Source: Methanobacteriota archaeon (lineage in GTDB: Archaea; Halobacteriota; Bog-38; Methanoflorentales; Methanoflorentaceae). From it: a stretch of 64,000 nt of DNA. Shown here piece after piece: positions 51,888-61,706 of this stretch. The stretch covers positions 160,001-224,000 of the forward strand of contig CAVRAO010000002.1 in NCBI GenBank assembly GCA_963719035.1, written 5' to 3'. Position numbers and translations under genes: made by a program. The notes beneath the pieces were generated by a model, which worked only from the letters and a program-made list of their open reading frames with translations, searched no databases and was not told the origin of the DNA. The first letter of the stretch is position 1. Every line of letters starts with the position of its first letter.

Positions 51888-52643
51888 ATGCGCAAACTCT
51901 TAGCCGTCGTAGCTGTAATTTTAATTGCAACTATTACAGTAGGATGCTTAGATCAAGCGCGTGAGAATCCCACGGTCTCTGCTGCTGCCACCAGTACGCT
52001 TAAATTGACTGCTCCAGCCGTGGTAAATCGCAGCGAGTACGCGACATTTACATGCCAACTTAACATGACGCGTGGTTCGGGTTTGGATAACAAAGAGATC
52101 CGCTGGGCGATCGACAACGTTTACAAAGAGACTTCGCAAACCATTTGGGGATTTGCAGCGCTTAACTTGACACTGAATCAGACCCAAGATATGACAATTG
52201 GCAAACATGTGATAACTGCTACCTTTGCTGGCGATTATGATTTTGCCGGCTCGAATGCAACAACGACGTTCTCGGTACAGACCGCAGCTACGCCAACTCC
52301 GAGAACCGCGACCGCCCGTCCGGACGCAGAAAAACCCTCAATATCGCTCAGCGTACCCGTCAACGGTGTGAGTATGGGCAGCGCGCACCTTACCGGCACG
52401 TTTTCGGGACTATTAAGTAACCAGAACCCCTACGTCTTGGTGAGACAAGCCGGGGCCGACAAGTGGACTGTATACGCTCCCCTGCTTGAGGCTAGCGGAA
52501 AGTACAGCGTTGACGTGAGCTTCACGGCAAAAGGTAACGCTGATCTGGTCGCAATTATCACGACAAACACGCTTAACTTGGGGGACGTGAAGGATCTCCC
52601 GAAGACGCTTGCAGAAAGTCGCGTTTCAACGACGGTAAAGTGA
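51888..52643 (+). CDS. Putative lipoprotein with two Ig-like domains
   Basis: TVGC lipobox, FAGD.DF..S motif, TPTP linker. Confidence 0.7.
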   Translation: MRKLLAVVAVILIATITVGCLDQARENPTVSAAATSTLKLTAPAVVNRSEYATFTCQLNMTRGSGLDNKEIRWAIDNVYKETSQTIWGFAALNLTLNQTQDMTIGKHVITATFAGDYDFAGSNATTTFSVQTAATPTPRTATARPDAEKPSISLSVPVNGVSMGSAHLTGTFSGLLSNQNPYVLVRQAGADKWTVYAPLLEASGKYSVDVSFTAKGNADLVAIITTNTLNLGDVKDLPKTLAESRVSTTVK

Positions 52644-52880
52644 AGCTACTCGCTGCTTTAGCTGCTTGGGCTCTCTTCTTAAAGGCACAGCAGTTTGTGC
52701 GGCTGTGGCTCCCGCCCATTTTGCTGACGCTGCGGGCTCCTTGTCTTTTCTAGCGACTACTTTCAACATCACAAAATATAAGTAAAAACAGCGCGAGCAT
52801 AGGACATCATTAATAATGATAATTGTATAGTTAGACCCTTTGTGGCTGACTGAAGGTGGTCGTTAAAAGAGGTGTATGCA

Positions 52881-54656
52881 TTGACAAACCAAGCGGAGTA
52901 CGGATGGACTGTAAAGACCGTGGGCGAACGCGAGATCATTGAGAAGCACTGGCCGGGCAACATGATGGACTACGAGCAAACATTTGCTGAATTTCGCTTC
53001 GAAGATGTCGAAAAGGAGTTCACCTGGCACGAGACCGGTCGGGTGAATGTGGCGCATGAAGCGATCGACAGACACGCCGATGGGTGGAGAAAGAACAAAG
53101 TAGCCCTCTACGCTGACGGTCCTGACGGAGCACGCAAGTACACGTTTCTTGACCTAAAGCTTCTTTCGAACAAATTCGCAAATGTACTAAAGAGCCTTGG
53201 CGTTGCCCGTGGGGATCGCGTCTTTACGTACATGGGTCGTTACCCTGAACTCTATATCGCAGCGATTGGTGCAGTCAAGAACGGTTCCGTTTGGGGGCCA
53301 CTGTTCGGGGGATTTAGGGCAGAGGCCGTCTTGGACCGGCTTTTGGACAGCGGCGCGAAGGCCTTGGTCACCACTCCCGATCTCAAGACGTCGAGCGTCG
53401 ACGAGATCCTCGATGACCTTCCCGATCTCGAACACGTGATCGTCGTGAAGTCCGACGGTGTCGAACGGACCGGAGCCACGCACACGGTCAGCTTCGAAGC
53501 GGAGATGAAAAACGCTTCGACTGCGCATCAAACGGAGTGGATGGATCGCGAAGACCCCGTAATGATGCACTATACGTCCGGAACGACGGGTAAGGCGAAA
53601 GGTGTCGTCCACGTCCACAATGCGATGATCGGACATTACATCACGACGAAGTACGTACAAGACGTCACAGAAAACGACATCTACTGGTGCACAGCAGATC
53701 CGGGTTGGGTCACAGGTACTTCTTACGCATGCTGGGGTCCGTGGTTAAACGGCACGTCGCAGGTCTCGTATAGCGGACGATTTGACTCTGCGACGTGGTA
53801 CGGCATCATCGATCAGTATCAGGTAACCATCTGGTACACCGCGCCGACGGCGCTCAGGCTCCTCATGAAGGACGGGCTCGGCGTTGCGAGCAAGTTCGAT
53901 TTCGGGAGCTTGCGCTATATAACAAGCGTCGGTGAGCCGCTCAACCCCGAGGTCATACGCTGGGGACTTAAGGCCTTCAAGCTGCCCATCCACGACAACT
54001 GGTGGATGACCGAAACAGGCCAGATACTCATCGCGAACTATCCGTGCATGTCTATTCGGGAAGGCTCAATGGGGCGCCCGTTTCCGAGCATCACGGCATC
54101 GATCGTCGATGACTCGGGCAAGGAGCTTCCCCCGAACACACCGGGCAACCTCGTCATCAAACCGCCGTGGCCCGCACTAATGCGTGCCATCTGGAAAAAC
54201 GAGGAGAAGTACAAGAGCTACTTCGAAATTCCGGGATGGTATAAGACGGGCGACAGCGCGTTTCGCGACGAGGACGGCTACTTCTGGTTCATGGGGCGTG
54301 TTGACGACGTTATAAAGACATCAGGAGAGCGTGTGGGCCCGTTCGAAGTCGAAAGCGCACTCGTTGAGCACCCCGCGGTCGCCGAGGCCGGCGTTATCGG
54401 AAAGCCCGATGCGCTTCGAGGCGAGATCATAAAGGCGTTCGTAAGTCTACGGGCGGGACATGAACCTTCTGAATCCCTGAAACAGGATATCGCGCAGTTT
54501 GTCAAAAAGCACCTGGCAGCGCACGCTTTTCCGCGCGAGATTGAGTTTATGGACAAGCTCCCGAAGACGCGTAGCGGTAAGATCATGCGCCGCGTGCTCA
54601 AAGCGCAGGAGCTTGGACTGCCGATGGGAGATCTCGCCTCACTTGATGAGGAGTGA
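52881..54656 (+). CDS. acs: Acetate-CoA ligase (AMP-forming)
   Basis: YTSGTTG.AKG, ADPGWVTG, SVGEPLNP, WWMTETG, LPKTRSGKIMRR; GAGGTG SD before TTG. Confidence 0.95.
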   Translation: MTNQAEYGWTVKTVGEREIIEKHWPGNMMDYEQTFAEFRFEDVEKEFTWHETGRVNVAHEAIDRHADGWRKNKVALYADGPDGARKYTFLDLKLLSNKFANVLKSLGVARGDRVFTYMGRYPELYIAAIGAVKNGSVWGPLFGGFRAEAVLDRLLDSGAKALVTTPDLKTSSVDEILDDLPDLEHVIVVKSDGVERTGATHTVSFEAEMKNASTAHQTEWMDREDPVMMHYTSGTTGKAKGVVHVHNAMIGHYITTKYVQDVTENDIYWCTADPGWVTGTSYACWGPWLNGTSQVSYSGRFDSATWYGIIDQYQVTIWYTAPTALRLLMKDGLGVASKFDFGSLRYITSVGEPLNPEVIRWGLKAFKLPIHDNWWMTETGQILIANYPCMSIREGSMGRPFPSITASIVDDSGKELPPNTPGNLVIKPPWPALMRAIWKNEEKYKSYFEIPGWYKTGDSAFRDEDGYFWFMGRVDDVIKTSGERVGPFEVESALVEHPAVAEAGVIGKPDALRGEIIKAFVSLRAGHEPSESLKQDIAQFVKKHLAAHAFPREIEFMDKLPKTRSGKIMRRVLKAQELGLPMGDLASLDEE

Positions 54657-54718
54657 GTTCCTCCCACTTTTCTTTTCTTATTTGTAAGCTAAGCGTTTTT
54701 CAAAAGGAGAGATCAAAT

Positions 54719-55267
54719 ATTAACAGAAGATATTTGGCTGCGTTGCTTGCGGCCCTGATGCTCGGGACCGTATTCGTGGCCGGATGCACGTCTCCGACAA
54801 CGACGTCGCCGACTCCATCAACAGCGATTTCAGAGGCGACGTCAACTGCACGGACTCGTGACGCATTCCTTGAGCAGTATGTTATTTCGCTTGAGCGAGA
54901 GCTCAGGAACGATACTACCGTTTCTGCCTGGGTTGCTAAGTGGCAGAACGAATCAGCAGTCAGCATACAAACGCAGTTCAGAAATGTAACGTCAAGCCAG
55001 AACCTAAACTGGAATGTCACAGTTATTCGTTTTATATCGATAGACGACGCGACAAACTACACGAATAGCAACACTGCAGGACTTATCACCACAAATTTGA
55101 CGAAGGTGATTTCACTCCCGTATAGAGCGTATGAACTTACGAAAGGGAGCGCGCCGAATGTTTATAATGCGTGGATTAACTTCGAGATTCGAGATCGTCG
55201 ATTGGACACAATCCAGCAGATCGATGATATAGTAATTATAGACTCGTGGCGAACAAGTTCGAGCTAG
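54719..55267 (+). CDS. Putative lipoprotein (apparent ATT start)
   Basis: (M)NRRYLAALLAALMLGTVFVAGC signal/lipobox, then a T/S/P linker. Confidence 0.65.
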   Translation: MNRRYLAALLAALMLGTVFVAGCTSPTTTSPTPSTAISEATSTARTRDAFLEQYVISLERELRNDTTVSAWVAKWQNESAVSIQTQFRNVTSSQNLNWNVTVIRFISIDDATNYTNSNTAGLITTNLTKVISLPYRAYELTKGSAPNVYNAWINFEIRDRRLDTIQQIDDIVIIDSWRTSSS

Positions 55268-55453
55268 AAACAAGCCGATTGGCTCAACGTAGAGCGCGCT
55301 ACCTTTAAGCTTTATCTTGGGTCTGCGAAAGTTGCTTTCAGCCCCCTTGTAAGACTAAAGATGCAGCGTTGGGGAGAATTACGCGATTGCGCATCCCCTC
55401 TTTTTTTATTCTCATATCCTTAAGTAGGTGCTGTGTTCTTTGGTGTACACAAT

Positions 55454-56029
55454 ATGGAGGAAGTTGAAACTAGGATCACTGAGTTTCGCATTTTGTTTCG
55501 CGACCGTGAGCGTTTACAGCCTAAGTTTGTTGGAGTACACGAGCTGCTCGAGGACAGTATCCACCAGTCGGCCGATCTCAGCGACATATATTACGCTCCT
55601 TCTGACGTCTACGCTGAATTGGAAGCGACGTGGCCAGCTGCTGAAGGAACGCTCAGAGCTATAAAGGCGATCCCGGCAGACTCCGTTGCGGTGCTCCATT
55701 GCAGCACATACGTGAAGCGCTTCGATTACGTGAAGGAAGAGCTAAACATCAAGTCGATCATATTGAGTAAAGGTTACGACATTGGCATTTGCACGGGGCG
55801 AAGTTTCGTTAAGTTCTTCTGTAGCGACCTTATCTATGCCGATCGCTTTTTCAGCTATCGTTTTGATGACAGGAAATACTGGTTTATCTGTTACTTGAGG
55901 TCAATTGATGATACCGAGCTTATCAGCGACAAGTTTGTTGAGCTCTTTGGTCCTAGCCGTGGACCTAACGTGTTTGCATGGCTTGAAGAGACGCTTCTTT
56001 GCGAAAGAGCTGGAACGAACCCAGTTTGA
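55454..56029 (+). CDS. Hypothetical protein
   Basis: 191-aa ORF; no family recognised. Confidence 0.55.
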   Translation: MEEVETRITEFRILFRDRERLQPKFVGVHELLEDSIHQSADLSDIYYAPSDVYAELEATWPAAEGTLRAIKAIPADSVAVLHCSTYVKRFDYVKEELNIKSIILSKGYDIGICTGRSFVKFFCSDLIYADRFFSYRFDDRKYWFICYLRSIDDTELISDKFVELFGPSRGPNVFAWLEETLLCERAGTNPV

Positions 56030-56113
56030 ATATTCACCTAGGATGATCTATTGTGACGGGTGTTTCAAGTGAATCAAACTTGTCCTGTGATTATACGTTA
56101 AGGATTGAGATTT

Positions 56114-57798
56114 ATGACTTATGCTATCTCTCTTAACATGCCCCTTGACGACGAAACGAAAGAGCACATCGCCAATGCGCTCTGGATGCTCACATTTGAG
56201 CCCGAAAAAATAGCAGAAGACGTGGTGGTGAAGCTTCAAGATGCCAAGAACAGCGCGCAGTCCTTTGGCACGCGTATGAACGCGTACCTTGATTGGCTCC
56301 TTGCACACCCGCAATCCCACAACCCAAGTTACAAGCTGCGTTATTCTACTCTCAAGCCATTATGTAATGAACTAACGCCTCATCAAGCGTACGTGATAGT
56401 AAACAAGTTCCTAGGCCTTAACGCAAGCAGGGATTCGGTCGATTGCCCGAAAAGGCCGATCTGCAGTTTCCTCGCGACCACCTGCCTCAGCTGAAAACCC
56501 AAGTTGGCTGGCACTTCTTTGTTGGCAGCTGTTGGGACGTAGAGGGGCGTGAATTCGGTGTTGAGTGCATGTTATTCCGTGCCCCTCTACTTAATCCCGT
56601 ATTGGCAACGCAATTCAACCTTACTGATATTGAAAATCAAGTCATCGAACTCCAACTGGGCATCAGTGAAGCGGGCGATAGACATTATCAGGCGGATCCT
56701 GTGGTGATTGCAGGCACGACAGGCCTCGTAACGTGTGGGCTTACACCTTTTCACTACGTCGTTGGTCGTAACCGGATTGAGAGCTCTAACAGCGCGTCGT
56801 TTTTCCCGCTTCATCTAGCTGCATGGGGGGTCGAAAAAAGCGGTCCAGAAGCAAAAGAACTGGGAATCGATCTCACGTTCACTTCAGGTAAGGAGTACCT
56901 GCTGCAGGGTGCTAATGGTTGCATGCCGTGCGTCGATGGGATGGGAACGCTCTATTACTCCATCCCAAACATGGTAGTTGCTCCAAAAAGTTCCCTTAAG
57001 GTCGGTGATGAAACAATTACGCTTGCACGCGGCACGTTTTGGTTTGATCATCAATGGGGTTATCTGTCTGGCAATCCTCAATCCTCCGTCTTGCGCGCCG
57101 CTAATAACACCAAGCAGCCCGAACCGCCAGGATGGGATTGGTTTATGACACAATTTAACGGAGATCGTCGGCTTACGATGTTTGCCCCGCACACGAACGC
57201 ATATATGGGATATTACTATCAGACTGGGCCGCAGTCACCCAAAGACTTGCAGGTCAATGTTGTCGGAAAGTACATGGACGAGCAAAAAAACCTTACAAAT
57301 ACGGTCGGCACACTTACGGTGTCTCAATGGCTGAAAAGCGAGTACTCGCCAAACCCGGTGCGATATCCCAAGACAAATACGTGGCACCCGAATCGATGGG
57401 AGTTTTCGTTCAACGAGATCGTTCCTGAGGATATCAGATCATTTACACTCGTTCCCATCGTCGAATCAGGGCAGATGAATTATTTTGCAAACGGCAGTCA
57501 ATACGCTGAAGGGGCAGTCTACGTGCGCGCGGCAAACGGAGACGATATCGGCCGTGGCTTTGCTGAGTCAGTGCAATACGCTGATACGACGGACACGATG
57601 CTCACGCTTGGGGGCATCACTGATGCACAAGCACGTCGCATCTTGCGCAATCCTGAGATAAGTTCAGGGATACGACGCATACAAAGTCTTTTTTACGTGG
57701 CGCTACATCGGTCTGATTTAACTCGCATCCTCAAATCACAGCAAGGACTCGAGATGTTTGCAGGGCTCTCGCAGTCGAAAGGTCAAAGCCGACATTAA
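56114..57798 (+). pseudogene. AttH/CrtC lipocalin-like hydrolase family, 1-nt deletion at G run 56430-56432
   Basis: Adding a G joins NASRGFGRLPEKADLQFPRDH; GW.F, YYS.P, WFDHQWG, GWDWF, YAEG, GRGFAE motifs. Confidence 0.75.
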
Positions 57799-57949
57799 CG
57801 TAGCAATTACCGCACTCGCTGTTCAGTTAGACTCGCAAATTACATCAGTTCTCAAAAGATATTAACCTGCTTTGTTTTTGTTCGACGACCCAGCAAAAGT
57901 AGCGCTTAGAGAAGTTAGTTATTTACCTGTAGTCGCTGTTTGTTACGTA

Positions 57950-58120
57950 ATGGGCCTACTTTCAGATCTTCTAGTTTTAATGTAAATTCTCGTAATCGTG
58001 CTCTTGGCTCTCACAATCTTTATTCAGTTGCTGCCGTATTTGATACTTGTCGCTTTAGTAATTTTTGTGATATGGTTTCTGTTTTATCGACAGGGTCCAC
58101 GACGATCAGTCGCTTATTAA
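57950..58120 (+). pseudogene. Small 2-TM protein with internal TAA
   Basis: MGLLSDLLVLM*ILVIVLLALTIFIQLLPYLILVALVIFVIWFLFYRQGPRRSVAY; TATA-like box about 25 nt upstream. Confidence 0.55.
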
Positions 58121-58440
58121 TTGCACGTAAGTCTTTGCTTAAACTGCAAGGCCAGACGCTCAAGAGCCAGACTTGGCAGCTCAACCTGACACTCAAATCT
58201 ATTTTCCTGCGAGTTATTGGGGTTTAGAGCCTACAATAGTGCGTGTTTAAAAACTGTTTCTAAAACGCGAGCAGAGTCATTTAATCAACTGTCGCTTGAG
58301 ACAGTTATTGTGTGTGAGCAAATATTAAGTGTGCAAGTTTAAGCGGTTTTTTAAAAGTGTGGCATTCAAAGCTTGCGCTTGTGGCTATTTTAGCAAGAGA
58401 AGAAACACTTAAAATTAACTCCTGCGTTGAAACGTATGAA

Positions 58441-58605
58441 ATGAATGTACTTAACTCCGTGATCTTACTCATCGCTTTTCTCTTCTTGATATTCACATTC
58501 CCCCTAGGAGCCCTCGCAGTAGTTATCGTATGGCTGCTCTTGCAGCTCATAAAAAAGCGTCGACGTTTAAACGAAATGAAGGGCAGTAGCAAAACGCAAC
58601 AATAG
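58441..58605 (+). CDS. Small membrane protein with basic tail
   Basis: MNVLNSVILLIAFLFLIFTFPLGALAVVIVWLLLQLIKKRRR... Confidence 0.55.
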   Translation: MNVLNSVILLIAFLFLIFTFPLGALAVVIVWLLLQLIKKRRRLNEMKGSSKTQQ

Positions 58606-58935
58606 ATTCCTATTGAACGCGAGCACGAGGCGCTACGAGGAATAAAATTACCTGTAGATCTTAAATTCGAACCTAGCTTTATTATTGAGTGTTGTTATTC
58701 TCAAAATCTGTCATTATCGAAACTTAGCCTCATTAAAGCGAGATAAAAATTATATATAAGTTAATCAATAAAAATTACTGTTAAATTTTTTTTTTGCTAA
58801 CGCCTCACACGCTGCTTATTGATGTGATAGAAGCGAGACAATTTGGTCTAGTAGCCTACAAGAGTGGCAAGAAAGAGATCCAGAACGGAAGCCTTAAATC
58901 TAGTGTATTTCATGTGAAGTGGAGTGAGTGATAAG

Positions 58936-59082
58936 ATGATCGAGCTGAATACGATGCCAAAGAAAATAGCTTACTGCGAACGGTGCGGCAGTCCAATTAT
59001 AGTTAAGACGTGGTTCGCTAATTTGTGCCACGAGTGCTCACGTGTTGAATTCAATGAGCACTTTAACTCACTCGCGTCGTAG
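58936..59082 (+). CDS. 48-aa CxxC..CxxC zinc-finger microprotein
   Basis: MIELNTMPKKIAYCERCGSPIIVKTWFANLCHECSRVEF...; SD-like GGAGTGAGTGA; terminator follows. Confidence 0.7.
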   Translation: MIELNTMPKKIAYCERCGSPIIVKTWFANLCHECSRVEFNEHFNSLAS

Positions 59083-59112
59083 TCGGAAGTCGAAAAACCG
59101 ACTCCTTTTTTT
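59081..59112 (+). terminator. Hairpin plus T-tract
   Basis: AGTCGG...CCGACT-CC-TTTTTTT. Confidence 0.65.
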
Positions 59113-59256
59113 GCTTGGCTGGTGAGGGATGGCGACAGCGCCGGCCACATTTTGTGCGTGTGCGGTTACGAGTTGCGTGAAAAATGCAAAAACGCTTTTA
59201 ATCACCGCGTCGTTTCACTCGATGAGTATCAACGAGACTCGATGAGAGGTGAAAAA

Positions 59257-59700
59257 ATGCGAATAGAACATGGTAAAAAAGCGAACCTGAAGGAGCTTGA
59301 TGAGGATCTGTACTTAGAAGCAAATGCCCAGCTCTACCCTGCCGACAAAGACGCGACGATCAACGTATATGGTATTTTGACAACTGAGAGCAATGTCATC
59401 ATAAACGGCTCTATTGAGTGCTCTGAAGCTTTTTTCGGAGACGATTGTCACGTCACGGGCTCAGTAATTACCGGCGGGATCAAAACAGGGAGCGGCTTCA
59501 AGGCGCGCCACATCAAAGCCGGAGAGTTCGTGAATATCGGTAGCAACTCACAAGTCACTAAGATTGATGCTGTCAACGACGTGACGATCGGTAGCAACTC
59601 ACGTGTTCGGCACGCGATCAGTGAGCGTGGCACGATTATTCTCGCTGCTGGAGCCGTCGCAGACGTTGCAGAAGCGGCGCAAGGCACGAAAACAGCGTAG
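59257..59700 (+). CDS. Beta-helix (bactofilin/polymer-forming-like) protein
   Basis: GAGGTGA SD; repeated I.G.I / V.IGSNS.V rungs. Confidence 0.6.
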   Translation: MRIEHGKKANLKELDEDLYLEANAQLYPADKDATINVYGILTTESNVIINGSIECSEAFFGDDCHVTGSVITGGIKTGSGFKARHIKAGEFVNIGSNSQVTKIDAVNDVTIGSNSRVRHAISERGTIILAAGAVADVAEAAQGTKTA

Positions 59701-59706
59701 CTCGCT

Positions 59707-60468
59707 TCAGAGATAGATCTTCATCAGGTCATACGCGATGTCAACCCTTCCAGGGAACCTCTCCTTGACGACGTCGACCATGGCGTCCTCTTGTCCGCTC
59801 GTGTGCGGGTAGAGGTGGGTAAGCACGATCCGGTCAATCTGCCGGTCAAATATAAGGTCGCGCAACTTCGCCGGCGTCGTATGGTTCGAGATCGAAGCGT
59901 ACGAATCTGGGAATGAGCATTCGTGGATTAACACGTCAACTTCTCCGTGACACAGATCATATACTCCTTCACTAGGTTCTGTATCGCCTGAATATACGAG
60001 AGTCGACGTCGGTGTTTGCATCCGATACGCGATTGACGGAACGCTGTGTTTGGTCGCGCGAACTGAAACAACTCCGTTTCCAACGCGAATGCTATCTCCA
60101 TCTTCAAGCTCAGTAATGGTGACTTCGACTGTAAGGTAATTATAAAGATCAAGCAACTGCTCGACGTGGCGTTGCGTGCCAGCAGGGCCAAACACGTTCA
60201 TTGTCTGCACTGGAATGTTTGAATCTAGAGCTGCGAGTTGCTGAGCCTTAAGAAGCGCCAGAAAGTCCGAATTATGATCCAAGTGGTTATGAGTAAAGAA
60301 CACCTTATGTATCTTTAGGTAGTCGTACCCGCTTTGCACGATGCGGCCCAGGATGCCCGCCCCACAGTCAAAGAGCACCAGTTCTTCTGGGGTTTTTACA
60401 AGTATACCAGACTGAGCCTTTTCAAGCTGTGGAATCGCGACGCCCGTCCCGAGGAGAATAATGTTCAT
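59707..60468 (-). CDS. MBL-fold hydrolase (RNase Z-like)
   Basis: LGTG, FDCGAG, THNHLDH, YSGDT, IHEC, LTHLYP. Confidence 0.92.
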   Translation of the reverse strand: MNIILLGTGVAIPQLEKAQSGILVKTPEELVLFDCGAGILGRIVQSGYDYLKIHKVFFTHNHLDHNSDFLALLKAQQLAALDSNIPVQTMNVFGPAGTQRHVEQLLDLYNYLTVEVTITELEDGDSIRVGNGVVSVRATKHSVPSIAYRMQTPTSTLVYSGDTEPSEGVYDLCHGEVDVLIHECSFPDSYASISNHTTPAKLRDLIFDRQIDRIVLTHLYPHTSGQEDAMVDVVKERFPGRVDIAYDLMKIYL

Positions 60469-60512
60469 GGAAATCTGATATCCTATGAAGGCTTCATCTA
60501 CATAGCGTTTGC

Positions 60513-60986
60513 TCAGTCTTCACAGCAAAGATGCAGCGCCGTCTCGACTGCAGTTTCTGGAGAGTTTGCTAGAATCGTCCCCTCAATTTTCCATTTAGAG
60601 GCAAGTGTTACAACCGGCTTTGCCATTTGGAGTGCAAGGGCAATTTCAGAAAGCGTCCCGTATTCACCAGCAATTGCGATTAGACAATCAGCCGCTCGCG
60701 CAATTATTGCGTTTCGAGCGTGGCCCATGTCCGTGGGTATCTTTACGTCAATAAAAGGATTTGCTTCGTTTTTTGAAGGGCCTGGAAGAATACCGACAGT
60801 GAGCCCTCCTGCAGCTTGTGCACCGCGTGCAGCAGCCTCCATTACCCCCTCTCTCCCCCCACAAATGAGGATTGCCTCGTGCGACGCTATGAGGCTTCCC
60901 GTTCGCTCGGCAATGCTCGCGATCTCGTTCGAGCAGCTCCTACTGCCAATTATACCAATTTGCGGACAGCTTTTCACTCTCACCAC
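60513..60986 (-). CDS. TIGR00725/LOG family protein
   Basis: CGGR.GVMEAA, GILP, ARN, GEYGTLSEI. Confidence 0.92.
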   Translation of the reverse strand: MVRVKSCPQIGIIGSRSCSNEIASIAERTGSLIASHEAILICGGREGVMEAAARGAQAAGGLTVGILPGPSKNEANPFIDVKIPTDMGHARNAIIARAADCLIAIAGEYGTLSEIALALQMAKPVVTLASKWKIEGTILANSPETAVETALHLCCED

Positions 60987-61168
60987 TTCCTTAATGCACT
61001 AGCTTCATGTTGACGCAAGATGAAGCTTTCCTTCGCTTATCTTATGTTTCACGAATGTTATTTTGACTCTCAAATCCTTTTTTATTGTAGAATATTACCC
61101 TAAAATCGAAAAAATACCGAAAAAGTATATATATGTTGAAAATCTCAGTATAGCTCGAGGTAATTCAA

Positions 61169-61381
61169 ATGGCAGAATTACAAGCAGCAGGAGTAAGTAG
61201 AATCATCAGAAAGGCTGGAGCAGAGCGTGTAAGCGCTGAAGCTACAGAACAGTTTAGAGAATACCTAGAAATGTATGGCAAGGAACTCGCCGAAGAAGCA
61301 ATCGAAATGGCAAAGCACGCAGGCCGGAAGACGGTCAAAGCGGAAGACATCAAACTCGCCTATACTAGACTTAACCGATAA
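61169..61381 (+). CDS. Archaeal histone (HMf family)
   Basis: [28 protein letters not shown]; TATATATA promoter upstream. Confidence 0.96.
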   Translation: MAELQAAGVSRIIRKAGAERVSAEATEQFREYLEMYGKELAEEAIEMAKHAGRKTVKAEDIKLAYTRLNR

Positions 61382-61440
61382 TCCCGGGATTTTCTCTTTG
61401 ATAGCATCTCGTTTAACAAGAGATGCTATTGCTTATTTTT

Positions 61441-61584
61441 TTAAATTTTTTGTCTGTTCTTAACGTCCATAACAAGCCATTTTCCGGTAGTATGGCACTT
61501 TTCGCAGGTTAGTTTGTCTAGCTCAATGAAATCAGTCCAGATTTCTGTGCTGCAGACGCGACACCGATAAAGATAGGTTCTCAT
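61441..61584 (-). CDS. 47-aa zinc-ribbon microprotein
   Basis: MRTYLYRCRVCSTEIWTDFIELDKLTCEKCHTTGKWLVMDVKNRQKI; GAGGAAGTG upstream. Confidence 0.65.
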   Translation of the reverse strand: MRTYLYRCRVCSTEIWTDFIELDKLTCEKCHTTGKWLVMDVKNRQKI

Positions 61585-61706
61585 GTCACTTCCTCGAGTG
61601 GGATCAACCTTCTAGCGCAAAACGTATTAACTCTTCTTATGCTTTAGCAGCACCTTGTATCATAGGTTCGAGCTATTGCTCCGTCGTAAGCTTGCTAGAA
61701 TCTATG

